From Tubulanus polymorphus (Eukaryota; Animalia; Nemertea), in the NCBI RefSeq assembly GCF_964204645.1, contig NC_134029.1, positions 24,580,434 through 24,644,433 of the forward strand: DNA of 64,000 bases, written 5' to 3'. Positions within the stretch are counted from its first letter, which is position 1. Every line of letters begins with the position of its first letter. The notes beneath the pieces were generated by a model. That model saw only the letters and a program-made list of their open reading frames with translations. It searched no databases and had not been told where the DNA came from. A program made the translations under genes and the position numbers. This document shows, in pieces, positions 14,247 to 28,500 of this stretch.

Positions 14247-15884
14247 ATTATAAAGAGCCCTGTAAACCTTTGAGTCGATCAGAGTCCAGAACCTTCGTGT
14301 CTAAAGACAGACACTATGTCAACATTTCTGCCCTTATTGCCTTCTTATAAAACTACAGTGAACTAAGGTGAATTCGGGCTCCGATCTACGAACAAAAGAT
14401 TCATCCGTATTAATGCGAGGTTCATCCCCGATACACGTTAAGCTCGCCGTAACTCTGCATAATTGAGGCCATAGGTCAGTGATAATATTGCTCATTTTTC
14501 AGCCGGCAGTTTTCAATGCGCTGCTGTGTGCGTCGATCCCCTGTGAGCTGAGCGCGATCTGTCGCCGTTTCTGACAGAAAATGACACTGAATTCTTTTGT
14601 GAAAATGTTCGCTCATTAAAGGAAAAGGATGCGCCGCGATAAGACGCTTTATATCTCGCACAAAGGACGGGCTACTTAGAAAAAACTGGCGGATTCATCT
14701 GAGTCCATTGTCCGTTCACTGATCACATATGTTATCCTAGTCAATATTCGACAAGTTACATCCTTGATGTTGGCGGTTACGAGGACGGATTAATGAAAAT
14801 AAAGGATTGCGGTTTGAATTTCAGAATAGAGCGGTCTTCGGTAATTCTAACATCAACTCACAACGCGCGACAGCGGCATCAGCGGCATCGCAATCTCTTC
14901 TCATCGTCGTCTCTTCTTTCATCTGCTGGTATTCACTGAGCTCTATCTCCCCTCCCTCTCTCCTCCGCGCGCGTTAGCTGCCGCTCTCTCCGTCTTATTG
15001 ACAGATCCTGTATTCTTCTTCAATAATCTCTGTATAAAAGATCATCAACATAGTTTTAGAATAATCCCTGAAATGTATGCGAGTAGTAAAGTTTTAATCC
15101 ATCGATTCAACCGAATCACACATTCACATTCAGAACGGCGCTTATTTCATTAAATCGGGGTTAAAAACGTGGAAAGATTCGACACAAGAAACATCTAAAT
15201 ATTCATGAAATATAAGTTTATTCGGAGGTCTTCCACTTGTGTTTTTAATCTTCAAAAAGACTTTTTTAATTACTAGTAGAATTTGTTCAAACAACGCGAT
15301 TGATATTTATAATACCCGCTGTCCTTTCATCCATAAAACCCGTAAACCTGATCTAGATATCGTTTCGTCGTGGGTTTATGTAAAATGTTTCGAGTGATTT
15401 CTCTATTTTTCAGCTGATTTTAGTCGCCGGATTTATAAACCAGGTCCGTACTTTGTGCTGTCGGAGTGAAGCTGTTGTCGGGGTATTATTCCTCCATTGT
15501 CACCCCGTCATTTCAGAAGTGCATTAACAATTTGTGCCGCTTTGTTTTTTTGCGACCGCATATAAAAAATATGAATAAAACATGATTCGTGTCATTTCAG
15601 ATTTTTTTCTCTGAGCGTCTGGGAGCTTTTTTTCTCGTGCTTGCCTCACAACGAGTAAAATCTCTGAGTTCTGTTACTCGAACGACTGAAAACGGTCTCC
15701 TAACTGGGACTGGGCTTTCATTATTCCGTTACTTAATATTTCAAAATTTCCATGTTTGTCGTGTGTTTCTATTCTCTGAGATCAAGTATGTCTGTCTGTC
15801 GGCGGAGTGGTGGTGATGGTGGTGCAACTATTTTTCTGTTGATTTTGATTGCAGCTGAAGTTCCTCTGATAACAGGGAATTGTC

Positions 15885-16003
<119 letters not shown>

Positions 16004-16794
16004 GGTCTACCAGTAATGGGAGGAGGTACCTCGCTATTGTAATAACACGTTTGTCCCCAGCCCGAATATTTGAGTAAGACGCTCAGCTCGCGGCGATGCG
16101 GGCAAAATGAGTGTCATCATCACCGTGCTATTTCATTAAACCCAGAGGTGTATGCTGGCCACCCGCCCGCCAGCCAGCCAGCCTGCCAGCCTGCCAGCCT
16201 GCCAGCTCGCCTCACAATAATTATATTCATGTTAACTAGTAAGATGCATTTTTCGACGGCTAAGATTATTACTCACGGGCGGGTAGACGAGTAATTGCGG
16301 GTTTGGCTTGTTTTCTTAGCAAGAAAAATGTGGATAATGACACATGTCTGAATTCTTTTTGTCACCGCGACAGAAATTACGGAATGTTTTCGCTTCATTT
16401 GTTTAATCGAGAAAACATTATTCTGAATATAAATGACACGACGGATCAGGTGTGGATTGAACAATACTTCGTGGTTGAAACATCGGTTTCTTGTAAATTA
16501 GAACGTGTGAAGGCGTCGTTTACAACGACTCATCAGCTCCTCATTCATGGCGCGTTTATAACGACAGAAATATGAAGAAGATCATGAAATTTCATTTTGA
16601 ATCAGACCCTAAAAATGGGTGGATATATCATTCTTATTTTCATCTGTTTTTATGGAAATTCCTGAATTGTGTTCCATGGTTTTTTTCTGTTATATCACTG
16701 CATCATTAAACACATACAAAATAATCTGATATAATTATTTCTGGTCCTCGCGAGAGAACTCACTATCAGCACATTATAGAAAATCCCTGCACAA

Positions 16795-17160
16795 TTAGAA
16801 TAAAACGAGTCCTAAATATTTCTTTGAGTTAATAATTTATTCGACGTTTTGACTTTATCCTAGTAGACATCATGAGGGATACTAAATAGTGACGATGACT
16901 TCAAGCATATATTCGAAACGTCGAATAAACTACACAGCTCAAGGAAACATTATGCACTCTTTCATTCTTACTCATTTTATAGCTTGTTGCAACACGGATT
17001 CTGGGTGTTTCGTCAATGGTTATGATAAGGACAACATCAGTATTCCTGAAGATGACTTTAAACGCCGAATAATATTAGCAGGAAACATTTCGGGCTGTTT
17101 TCATTCTTAATTTGGGATTTTGTTTCATCTTCACAACACGGACTCAAAGTGGTTTTTATT
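16795..17160. mobile_element. PLE/hammerhead repeat cluster: inverted pair plus a tandem, internally deleted third copy
   Basis: Minus arm at ~16800-16883. Plus arm CGAAACGTCGAATAAACTACACAGCTCAAGGAAACATT. Third copy CAGTATTCCTGAAGATGAC at ~17038; ACAACACGGA tails. Confidence 0.7.
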
Positions 17161-17937
17161 ATCATGCACCTCTTCCTCAAATTCATCCACATTCTTCTTT
17201 CATGTTAGTTGATTTATTCATATATGTTTATAGTGTGTTCTGTATGAGCGATTATTCGGATTATCATCCAGCAGAGATCAATCGTCGCTGGATCGCTTCA
17301 TGTCCGCTCAAATTGTACATAATTGCACGAAAGTGTCTTGTATTTTGTCAGCGATAACAACTGACCACTTAAACTGGACAGTAAACGCCATTGACGGTCG
17401 GACAGCGGATAATACTGACCGCTCGACTGAGCCGCCGCTAAATGCGCATCATATTGTCTCTTATTAAACATAATCAAAACCTTATTGTTACGATTGATAA
17501 AAATGTGACAAATTGCTATCAGCGCTAGGAATGAAAGATGTTTGACTGATTGTTCATGAATGCGGTTAGTCGTCGCCGCCGCCGCCGCTATTGACCATTG
17601 TGTCTTTATTCTTTAGATCGAATCAATTCTCTTTTATTACAATGATAGAAATTGCTGCTAATTGTTTCTCGTAGATCCTTTGATTAAAACAGACAGTTAT
17701 AGTTTTCATCGTATGGAATTCGACAAACTGTAAAAACCGAAACCTCAGTTGCGAGGGTGGGCTATATTTTATATTATACCCTACAAAAAGGTTCCGATTC
17801 TAATTTCAGGCAACGAGTAGAAAATCAATGAAAGAATTATAATCCAAATAAATAAAAGATCACAATGAAAACCACGTGAATTAACTGTTATTTTACTGGG
17901 TTTTTTTATGTATCAATGTCTTTTTAAAGTTATATTC

Positions 17938-18130
17938 ATTTCATTAAAACTTTGAAGGTGAACTTGATTTTATTTAAACTTTATAACTTGCTTTTATTAA
18001 AATCTTGAAGTTTAAATTCATTTTATTAAAATTTTGAAGGTTAAATTGATTTTAGTAAAACTTTGAAAGATAACTTTATTTTATCAAAACTTTGAAGGTT
18101 AACTTTATCTTATTAAAAACTTTGAAGTTG
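17938..18130. repeat. Degenerate AT-rich ~29-bp minisatellite (TTTTATTAAAACTTTGAAGGTTAACTTGA)
   Basis: Recurrent AAAACTTTGAAG motif at regular spacing. Confidence 0.75.
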
Positions 18131-19573
18131 AATTTGTTTGTAAACTCTGAGAGTAGAAATCTATATTCCAAAATTCATTAATTATCCGATGAGAAATGAG
18201 TGAATAGAGGTTTATACCGCAGTCACACGGAGCTGCTGCTGATGTTGATGATGCTGATGATGATTTAGAAGACACTCTTTGATCAGTAAGTCGCGTTATA
18301 CGGAAGTTGATCTGTTATTGTGAAAACCACATCAAAGCAAACTCTCCGGAATTAACGATGAAAAAGCTAATTTTGTATCATGTATCCTGAATCCTTATAG
18401 ATGAAAAGGTATCATTGATCATTGATCATATATCTATATCTGAAGCTATTTTGATATCAAACACGTAGCTGCTGCTGCTGCTGCTGACTATAGTTATCTC
18501 TGCTCCAATCGTCACGTTGATCTGTAGTCTCGAATCCATCTCCAGTCACCAGTGTTATTGATAAAAATTAAGCTTTATAATTAATAGGGCTAGTTACACC
18601 ACGTCGAGAGGGAGAGAGGTAGAGAGAGACTGAGGAGAGAGGAGAGAGAATGTTGTCATCACGAAGAAAATTTAATTAAAAACCTTCCCTCAGAACTTTG
18701 TCAGGATTAATTAATCGCGATATGCGTGACTTTGAAGTGCATTGAGAGCGCTGACGGAGGGAAGACTGACCCTTGGCCTTTACTGCACGTTTTCCTGCCA
18801 GGCATGAAAATCTGGATTGAAAGACTTAGCGGTAAAATAATGAATTTAATTACAACCATGCGCCAGAGTTGACAAGCGGGGGGTCCCGGTGACATTATGC
18901 CTAGTCGAATAGGTCGTAGGGTCCTGTGGTTTATGCATGCACCACGCGAGTGTGGGGCCACTCACCTTTCACTGGTACCACCAGAAGGTTTCTGATCCGA
19001 GAGTTCCTACCCCGATAAGAGAATACATTCATAAAATTGATGATAACTTTCTGTTATTATTTCACTTTTTATTCCGGTGATGAAAAAAGTCAAAGATTTG
19101 CTTGGGCCGAGATTCAGGATCTTTTCAGTTTCATTCAGTTTAACTTAAAAACTTATTTCATTTCAAATACAACATTTCACTTAAAACTTACAACTAACAT
19201 TAGGATTTACAATGTAATTGCAGATTATTATTATTATTATCATTATTATTATTATTATCACTAGGATCGATATGTGTTCATTTTGAAATAGAGTCTCGAA
19301 TTTTCCTCGCTAAATTCTCACTCATAATCTTTTAATTATTTATAGTTTTCGATAGAATTCTTCGAATTAAACTGAAATTCAAAAAGCCTCCCCAATAAAG
19401 CTTTCGGTATTTCACGAATTGAAGTAACTTTCTTTTGTCGATAGTCTAAACTTAAATCCGACACCAGCAATATTTTATCTATCAGATTTATCTACACAGT
19501 GTCTATTGAAATAACTCCCTAATTGAAATAAAAAATCTCAGGTTGAAGACATCGTTTTGTAGTTTAATTGGCT

Positions 19574-19901
19574 TGCCCTATGGGGTAGATGTCATAAGAC
19601 GCATCTTCGCAATTTTCGCGGCAGTTTTTTTCGTCACTCTTGTATCTGATTGAAAACCCGGTCGAGGCGATGCTTCGAGCACCACTCCGTAATGAATGGC
19701 GGCTTTTAAGTTTGACAGACTGAGAGCCAATTTGCGGTTGATTCTTCCACAAGAGTAGATAAGTCGATAGACAGCTCAATGGAAGAGTTTTAATGAAATT
19801 ATCCCGCTAATATTATCGGCAATTTTTGGAGAAAGCTTGTCACTCGCTCGTGACAGTCAAATTGCTATTTTCCTGCTTGTTACGACGATGCCTATAGGGC
19901 A
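19574..19901. mobile_element. Putative MITE with imperfect TIRs (TGCCCTATGGG / CCTATAGGGCA)
   Basis: 10/11 inverted match; the left end CCCTATGGGGT(G)AGATGTC recurs at 29576. Confidence 0.35.
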
Positions 19902-20054
19902 TGTTTAGGACAGAGACGTGCTGAATACTGAAAGTAGGTGCGCGCACCAGCGAATTATCACATTTCTTTCAGCATATAACATAATTTTCTTAGTAATCAC
20001 TTACGCGAAGGGGCAGGTCAGATTTGTCTGTTTGAGTCAGTCAGATTTCTCTCG

Positions 20055-20332
20055 GGGATAGAGAGAGCGGGGATAGAGAGAGAGAGGAAGAGAGAGGAGA
20101 GGGAGAGGAGAGGGAGGGAGAGAGAGAGGAGGGAGAGAGAATAGAGAGAGAGGAGAGAGAGAGGGAGAGAGAGGGAGAGGGAGAGAGAGGAGAGAGAGAG
20201 GGAGAGGAGAGAGAGGAGAAAGAGAGGGAGAGAGAGGGAGGGAGAGGAGAGAGCGAGAGGGAGAGGGAGAGAGAGCGAGAGGAGAGAGAGGGAGAGAGGA
20301 GAGAGAGGAGATGGGAGGGAGAGGAGAGAGCG
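20055..20332. repeat. GA-rich polypurine tract
   Basis: Low complexity. Similar tracts lie at 24680-24838, 25530-25750, 41896-42115, 46980-47180 and 55405-55545. Confidence 0.95.
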
Positions 20333-21495
20333 AGACTTCATTACTTCAACCATACGAGTTTCAAAGTCATGTTTAAAGCCAAAATAAATCCCTCATATTT
20401 TCGGAATTCTTCTCATAAAATCACGATAAATTGCGGAATTCCGATTACCCCTGACTTTAGTCCGAGAAAACCGTGTCTGATTCCCTTTTCGAATGTTCAA
20501 ACCATTCACGCGAAAGAATCATCTTAACGGCGACGATTTATTTTCGGTGGAAAAAACGCTACCAGATTTTCATTTCATAGTTGATAGAACGCGGGTCGAC
20601 TGCGTGCAGCAGGGACCCGACCGCATGCGCGTTTAGATGGATATGAGTAATGTGCAGCACTGTCGTTATTAATGATTCATTAAACCGCCACTAATTAAGA
20701 TTCCCGTAATGAATGAAAGCGGTCATTTTGTAAAGGCTTGACCGCAACTACGACAAGGTGAATTCATTGAATAAGATTATCCGTGGCCAATTTGTAATCG
20801 AGTCTGAACCCGACTGTCGCGCGCGCAGGGTCCCGTGTTTTCAGGGTTCAACTCGCTTTGATTTATCCGAATGTGATTATGAATATATTACAGCCTTAAC
20901 ATTATCACGGATTGACCGCCTGACCGACACTGCAGCAGCAGTACTAGTGCCTACCTTAGTATCCATCTATATTTCTAGTCCATTCAGTAACTAACATGAA
21001 ATAAAACCAAACCACTTTTTGTAGATAAAAATCATCGAATTTCAGAATACGTATTTTCATATTTATTTTCATATTATTATTTCTATCATTTTTTTGCGAT
21101 ATGAATCAATTCTCAGAAGGTTGAGTGCCTCGGTTAGTGGACACATGAAACACAGTTTGTCGGTTCGAGGTATAGAGTTCTCTCATTTATATTGAGAACT
21201 TCCAAATTTACGACGATTTTCGAGGTTTTGTTTGAAATGGAATTAGATGATATAGAACGACTTGAATTTATTGGGATAATAATGTGAGATAAAAAGATGC
21301 ATTTGAACCCAATCGCTTCCTTTCCTCCGGGTCGGGCAAGAATAATCCGTTTTTGATCAAATCTACCACGTGAACTGAAGCAAAATGATGCAAAATGTAG
21401 CTTCAATTTTTCATCATCCTTCTCCTCATCATCATTACGATGACTGAGATCATCTTTGATACACATCGAGTATTTAATCACCCACTGAGTAATCC

Positions 21496-21635
21496 CCCCT
21501 CACCCTCACCCCCTCACCCTCACCCCTCACCCTCACCCCTCACCCTCACCCCCTCACCCTCACCCCCTTCACCCTCACCCCCTCACCCCCTCACCCTCAC
21601 CCCCTCACCCTCACCCCCTCACCCCCTCACCCCCA
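21496..21635. repeat. (CCCTCA/CCCCTCA/CCCCCTCA)n simple repeat, TGAGGG-like on the minus strand
   Basis: About 20 units read directly. Confidence 0.92.
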
Positions 21636-22174
21636 CTGAACTGAAGCCACGACTTTTCTAACGGATAAATCGATTTCTGCTGCCAATAGATCCGATTGCG
21701 CCTCTCTCTGTCTCTCACCAGCCGCAATTTATCTACAATTCTGTTGACCACGAAACCGTATTAGATTCCCCGTTAGTGCGCCAATGTAATTTGTCGGTTG
21801 GCACTGATTGGTTTTTCTGTGACCCGCGGGTCGGCCTGTCATACGAGGGCCCTTGTCAGAAATCGCTAGGTCCCGGGCAGGTCATCCACTGGCCCGGGGA
21901 AGGGTCATTTGGTCACTATACGCGTAGTGGAGGTGATTTATACGGGGGCCTGGGGATATTGATTAGCGCTAAGACTCACCGCTATAAAGAGCTGATCAGT
22001 CAGGTTATATCAGCTCTGTCTACACGAATCTAATATAAGTCTAGCTATCAACATAAAATATCGTTCACGGTCGCTGTCAATCTTGAATGATACTGATCTT
22101 TACCAATAAAAATCGAGATTTTCTAGTATTTGAAATGCTATTATTTGATGTTGTTTTATTTCGTTGTATTTCAG

Positions 22175-22217
22175 ACTCGAATGAATTGTACGCCTGGGGA
22201 AACGGCCACTGTGGACA
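22175..22217 (+). CDS. RCC1-repeat protein, first visible exon (43 bp; DSNELYAWGNGHCGQ)
   Basis: Acceptor ttgtatttcag| and donor CA|gtaagt. The translation carries the RCC1 'LYAWGNGxxGQ' motif, and its phase-2 end joins the exon at 35853 to give GQLG. Confidence 0.88.
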
Positions 22218-22297
22218 GTAAGTAACAGTAATCTTTTAATCATTCTAAAAAATACTGACAGCAGTTAATTCGAAACGATTTAGAAAGTCTTAGAACG

Positions 22298-22520
22298 TGA
22301 TAGAGCGTGTATTGTGTAGTGAATAGTTACCGACTGGTCACCACACTGACCGGACAAACTTACAAACCAAAACATTCACTACAGCTCGGTGGTCTAGTGG
22401 TTAGCGTGCTCGGCTTGGTCGCTGTGGTCCCGGGTTCGAATCTAGGGTTAGGGTTAAGGACTTGCTACACCTAGGGTTAGGCTCACGGCTCACTTATGGG
22501 TTGGCAATTTTTAGCGCTAT
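22298..22520 (+). mobile_element. Composite repeat: conserved 5' leader, tRNA-like A/B boxes, then TTAGGG repeats (copy 2)
   Basis: A box TGGTCTAGTGG at 22390-22400, B box GGTTCGAATC at 22433-22442, TAGGGTTAGGGTTA at 22443-22456. The leader GGTCACCACACTGACCGG..AACTTACAAAC is shared with copy 1. Confidence 0.8.
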
Positions 22521-25500
22521 GGATTGAAGTCTTTTGATGTTTATAACGAATCTCAGCGAGTGACATAAATATTTTTGCGCTTGTGTTTTTTTGTTGCGGT
22601 GTGGTGTAATGTTGAGGCATATGGGAAGGGTGGCGATAATCGCCTTATAGCTACTGCTGCAACTTAAGATGTAAAGTACTGATGGGGTTCTTTATAAATG
22701 TAAATGAGCTGAGATTTAACCCATCTGTCGGTGCTTGCGGTCGACCACAATGTGATGAAAAGCCGCACCGGGAATACCAGCTACCCGCCCGGGATCAGTC
22801 GTAATTTACATGCGTTTAAAAAAGCCGAGATTCGTCGTGCGTTCGGGGGAAATTTGATTGGTGATACGGTGGTGTTTCCGATTGAGTCGGCAGTACCGCG
22901 GTGTTTCCGATTGAGTCGGCGTCTACTCATCCGTATTGAAACCTAAACTCAGATCCTCGCGTCACGTTTTTGTTATTTTCACTTCCACAATTCTTTCTTT
23001 CTTTTCGCTGAACGTAATTCAAATTAAGAGAATGAAAATGTTTCGAAGTTTATGCGGGCATAAACGGCAGCGGCAGCAGAAACAGCAGCAGCTATTGTAG
23101 TCCAATTTATTTGTTTAATTCCGGGTAAATGCTTGACTTTATTCGCTGAGAGCGATTAGACTAAAATCCGCTCTCTTAAAAATTCAGTAAGATAAAAAGA
23201 TCGTGAATTCTCACTTCTCTAGTGGTAGATTTTTAAATAGAATTAAGGAGGTTAATAATTTGTATCATGGATGATGTTTTACGTAGATATCGATATGTTT
23301 GAATATCTGTTGATTGCTGATAAATCCATCTAGAATATAATAAACCAATGTAAAAATATATAATATATAATTATATCATGTCCTCAAAATGTCGTCGGAA
23401 ACATAAGATTTCGAATTTTGAATTTGAAGTGGATTAAAAATGGCTCTAACTGAATGAACGAAAATATCACTTAGGAATTAAGATAAAATATCGAGAAGAG
23501 AGTAAATTTATTAGTAAATCTTTTTAATAAACTGATCTTACAACGTCTATCATTTATCTAAGAATTGAAAAGAGATGTTGATAGTGAATAGAAGCTCAGA
23601 ACTCGGTCGTGTGTGTATGCGGGTTCTCGCGGGTCCACGCGGGTTCTCGCTGGTTCTCGCGGGTTCTAGCTGCGACCATGTAATCTATAAAGATAAAAGC
23701 CGAATAAGGATTTATCGGGCACCGATTGCAATTAATATTTACAGAAGTTTTCTTTCTCAGTCTCTGCGGTGTCGACTGTATTGTATTCGCTCTCGTGTTG
23801 AGACTTCATCATCACACGAGTTATCTTACAAAGCAATTATGGGTAGCGAATAAAGCCGCGGTCCATCTCTCTCTCTCTCTCTCTACTCCTCAGCCGTCGT
23901 CGCCGCCGTCACAAAAAATGTCCTGCGGTTGCAGTGATTAAATGTTAAGCTGTTTCTGTTCTCACTAGCCTTGGGATTGCTCTATTGTTTCATAAACTAC
24001 TCGCTATAGAAACATGGCTTCCCAGGCGAACAATACAGCGCGTAATGCAACTCAGCGTCACTTGTCAAACTTCTTTGTGCGAAGAACTAATATTTGAGAT
24101 TTACAGCGCAATCTATGCCTATAAAAATCATGTTTCGCCTATAAAAATCATGTTTTCAGGCCTGTCCCTCGGCTAATTCGGTATTCTTGAGTAAGGACCG
24201 TGAAACCCAAATCATGCTGACGCTTTCCGACCAGCGGTTCGGCCCGGCGATCAACGTCTGAAACACGGAAATTACAAAAACAATACAACACGATTTTTAT
24301 CGCTGTAATAAATTGTCGGTTTGTGAAACTTTCTGATGTAAGTTTGCGGTTAAAAGAGCTGTAAACTTTTACACTACGATTCGCACGAAGTTCTAGTAAT
24401 GTAGAGAAAATATTGTCACTGTTGATGAAGCAATGATTTATAACCATCAGTAAGAGACAGTGTCTACTAAAGCTTCTTTCAGCTAATTACTCGCTTTACG
24501 ATGGCGCCCGAGTTGAAACTATCGCCGCGGATTGGTGCTTGATTTATCTGCCATCCAACATTAACAACGTACAATTAGCACGAAATGGAAGTTTCAACTA
24601 ATAATAACTGTCACTAGAGTAAGAGAGAGAGAGAGATCTGTGTTCTTTACCTGCATTACTATTCATCATGATGGTTAGAAGAGAGGGGAGTGGGGAGAGA
24701 TGAGTGAGAAGAGAAAGGGGAGAGAGGAATGAGAAGAGAGGAGAGTGGGGAGTGGGAAGAGAAGAGAAAGGAGAGAAGAGAAAGGGGAGAGAGGAGTGAG
24801 AAGAGAGGAGAGTGAGAGAACGAGAGAGGGGAGAGAGTTTCGCCCTGAGGTATGTTAAATGATCGTATGGCTTCCCTGTCTATAGACTCACTGCTGCTCG
24901 GCCCCGCTATATAATTAGTGACAGGCTGTAAAACCTCGTGTTTACACTAAACGCGTTTGTTCTTTATACGAACTACAAGGGCTTCATTTGATTCATCAAA
25001 GTCTTACTGAATAGTGAATGACATTGTGACTGGTGACGTAGCCAGGAATCAGACCCTATCAGACCCTTACTTAAGCTGCTTTCATACGTCGAGTGTTCAG
25101 TATTTCCGAGGCTGGAAATAGGTTTCGGTTCAGTTTTTTCCCCGAAAGTCCCCAGCTACAGGGACATACTGATGAACTTGACTTCCTCATCAGAGACGCC
25201 CACTACCGGCTATTTCGTGAACTGTTTTCTCCTAGTAATGTAACAAGTTATCGTAGATTTGAATTCTGAATAAGGGCAAGGGTAAAGGTGAAGGTTAAGG
25301 GCTGGTAAGGGTAAAGGGCTCGTAATCCGAGCCACAAATCGATCTCAATATTTAGTCGATATTTCCATATTTTGTGTATGTAGCGTGTGATAATGATATT
25401 TGTTGTGGGTGCATCTTATAGTTGAGCTTGGAGATTGAAAGATGCGTAGTCATGGCAACCGAGGAAAATTTCATCCATAATCATGGAAATAATGTGTGGG

Positions 25501-28500
25501 AGACATTGTTTTTACTGATTAATAGCGACTGAGGGTGAGGGAGAGAGAGATTGGGGAGTGAGAGGGAGAGGGGGGCGTGAGAGGGAGGAGAGAGTGAGAG
25601 TGAGGGGAGAGTGAGTGACAGGAGGAGAGAGAGAGAGAGAGTGAGAGAGAGAGAGGGGGGCGAGTTAGGGGGAGAAGGAGAGAGAGGGGAGAGTTAGGGG
25701 AAGAGGGAGAGAGAAAGTGGGAGAGAGAGCAGCAGAGACAGAGAGAGTGCTGCTGGTGCAGCTGGTGCCATAAGACCGTCCCATCTCAATCTCTTCCCCA
25801 CTTTCTTTCACTCCCGAATATCTTTCCCCTCTCCCCCACTCTCTGTCTCTGTCTCTTCCTCTTTCTCTTGATATTCAGTGGTTGAGCGATGGAGGGGAAT
25901 TCTTCCTGGTCACAGATCCTCCATTCAACATTTATCATGTAATACACTATTGTCATTTGGGAAAAGACGATTTCCAGTTAGCTTTAGAATCTGACGCGCC
26001 AACATTCACCAAGTGGCCACAACTCTTTATTCATTACAACGCTATCAATTTTCATCAGAGATTCGTAACATATTTGTGTAAACTTAATAAGCAATATTTT
26101 CCCTGGTGTGACGTTTTGAGTCATGTCTTTCTCTCTCTCTGAAAATGAGTTGAGAACGCGATAATCCGTTTCTATTCTGTCGAATATCGAAAAACTAAAG
26201 ACTGTAATCGCTTATAAGTACTCGAACATATGAATAGACATGCGTGGCCGGGTTGGGGGGAGGGAGGAAACAGCATTCCGCCAGTTTATGATGATAAATC
26301 ACTAATATTTCGCGTGACTTTGTTTAATTAATTTAACGTTTGTAGTTTGAAGGTTGATGCGTTGTACGTTACTGTATAAAAACCTCTCTAAACGGCTTCA
26401 TTAGACTTCAGAATACAAGTCGTTAATTTACCGGTCGGCGCCCGGCGATTTCCCAGTTATTAATGTTCTACTCAAAGTTCACATAAACCGTATCTGATTT
26501 TATGAGAAATTGGACAAATTTAATTCAAGATATTTTTTTTGTACGTTGAAGTGTACAGAGCCTGTTGTATTTCACGCTATTGTTAGTACAGCGTTGTATG
26601 ATTGTTTAGTTTCTGCTCGAACGTGAGTTGATACTGTCTCACTGTTTATGAGATGTGACAAGTGTGTCAGTAGTCTACACGACGCTATAACATTGCCGTT
26701 TGTAAATTGATATTACCGATGTGGACCTCGGAATAATATATTTAACCCCGGTCAGAGCCGGTTCACTAGCGGTCTAATGGTTCCCCCATCTCATTCATAT
26801 CATGTTTCTATTTCATCTGTTAATTCTGATCAATCTCAACCATCTGCGGACATCGGAACATTCTCCGAACCGTGGTCGTTTTTTTCTGAGTTGGTTTTTT
26901 TTATACGGATGAAGTTCAAATGTTACCGGTCGGTACAGTCGACCGGTCTAATGAGGTGCGTGTTGGAGGAAGTGTGTGAGCCGCTGTATTCACGGGTATT
27001 CACAGAAGTCTGATGGTTGAATGTTTAGACAGTGTCGGGTCCCTCAGGGGCCACTACTAGCTATAACCACCGCGTATCATATAACACGTATGATTGTCAT
27101 AATGGTCTTATTATCACTGAACCTGTCTGAACAATGACCGTTAAGATGGACATGATATTATAACCGTCTTGGGTTTAACACGAGAGACAAAGCGGCTGTG
27201 ACTGGTCATCGTCGTCCGCTGCTGCTGCTGCTGCGGCTGCTGCTGCTGCGGCTGCTGCTGCTGATGATGATGATGGTTAAGATGTTATTGCTTTGACAAA
27301 TGGCGTTCACTTATTATTCCATATTGTAATATTGTAATATGTGGCGCGCGGTTTGTAACGCATTTGTTCGCGGTAAATTATGGAAAAACATGCAGTAAAA
27401 ATGACCCGAACGATATTCGATCAGTTCTCTAGAGATTACTGGAGGTACCTTTATACCGGACATGGGTATCCGTGAACAGATGGTTCACTTTTACCAGCCC
27501 GTCACACAAACCCAGTCTTAAAGCGCCTTCACCGATTATTTGGTCGGGATACATACGTGATACATAATTTCTGGTGTGAGACGAATGCGTAGAGAATTCC
27601 ACAATAAAATGGACGAAGTTCAGTTCAATTTGACTACGTTTACCTGCAACATTTCGGCTATAAACTAATAGCCATTATCGGACAGATTCGAGAACTCGGT
27701 CTGATGATGGAATATATGGGCGTCAATTTTGAAGAACTTGTCCTGTCCCAAAAGGGCAACATTATGTGGACTACCGCGCTGTAATGTACTTATCATCTTT
27801 GTAAACAAAATGAATAAAGGCACCCAAAGAGATTTGATAGACTGGTCCAAGTTTCACATGTCGCCCTGAATCCGCTCCTGGAATCTAGCTGTAAATATCC
27901 AGCCGCGAACAGAACATCGTCTGTTCTATCGTCCGGCAAGTGTCATCTGATCATTATACTACTACAGTTTACAATATAGGAAACAGTTCTAACAATCGAG
28001 TCCTGATCAACCTCTACAGTTAAACCATGGAGTAATCATTTCAAATAATTACTCCAAGTTAACCACGGTTAAACTGGTCAGATAGACACACACGTGATTA
28101 AATCGGATCACTCGGCGGATGTGGTCGGGTGTCGACTGGCGCATGCCCTTTAGCAGTCGTCTTTCAACTCGTCGACGTCACCGCGTGGTCCGGTGACAGG
28201 GGATTTTGTAAGCCCGGGCTAATTAGTGACATTAAGGGTCATTAGCGGGTGCGTTGTATATAGGAAATCACGTAGCGTGCCGGAGTCGCCGAAAGCGTGG
28301 TTTGATCAGTGTTGAAAGTTCTCTCTGATCGGAGCCGACCTTCTCCACGCGATACTGGAATTATAAACCGGTGGCAGAACGGCGCGACCGGACCTCCTCT
28401 CGCGCTGAGACAGCTTGTCATTGATAATTACATATCATATATAAACATTAATGCATCGGCGCAAATGGCCATTATCGCGCAGTATACGCGCCTTTATCAA

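Noticed and set aside
18966-19006. Possible minus-strand micro-exon with donor AAG|GTGAGT (similar case at ~60519-60541)
   Set aside because: Isolated splice-like signals with no coherent peptide or partner exons; expected by chance in 64 kb.
22384-22445. tRNA-like sequence as a true tRNA gene (also 2973-3030)
   Set aside because: No anticodon stem pairing, and the 3' T-stem and acceptor strand are replaced by TTAGGG; treated as repeat-borne.
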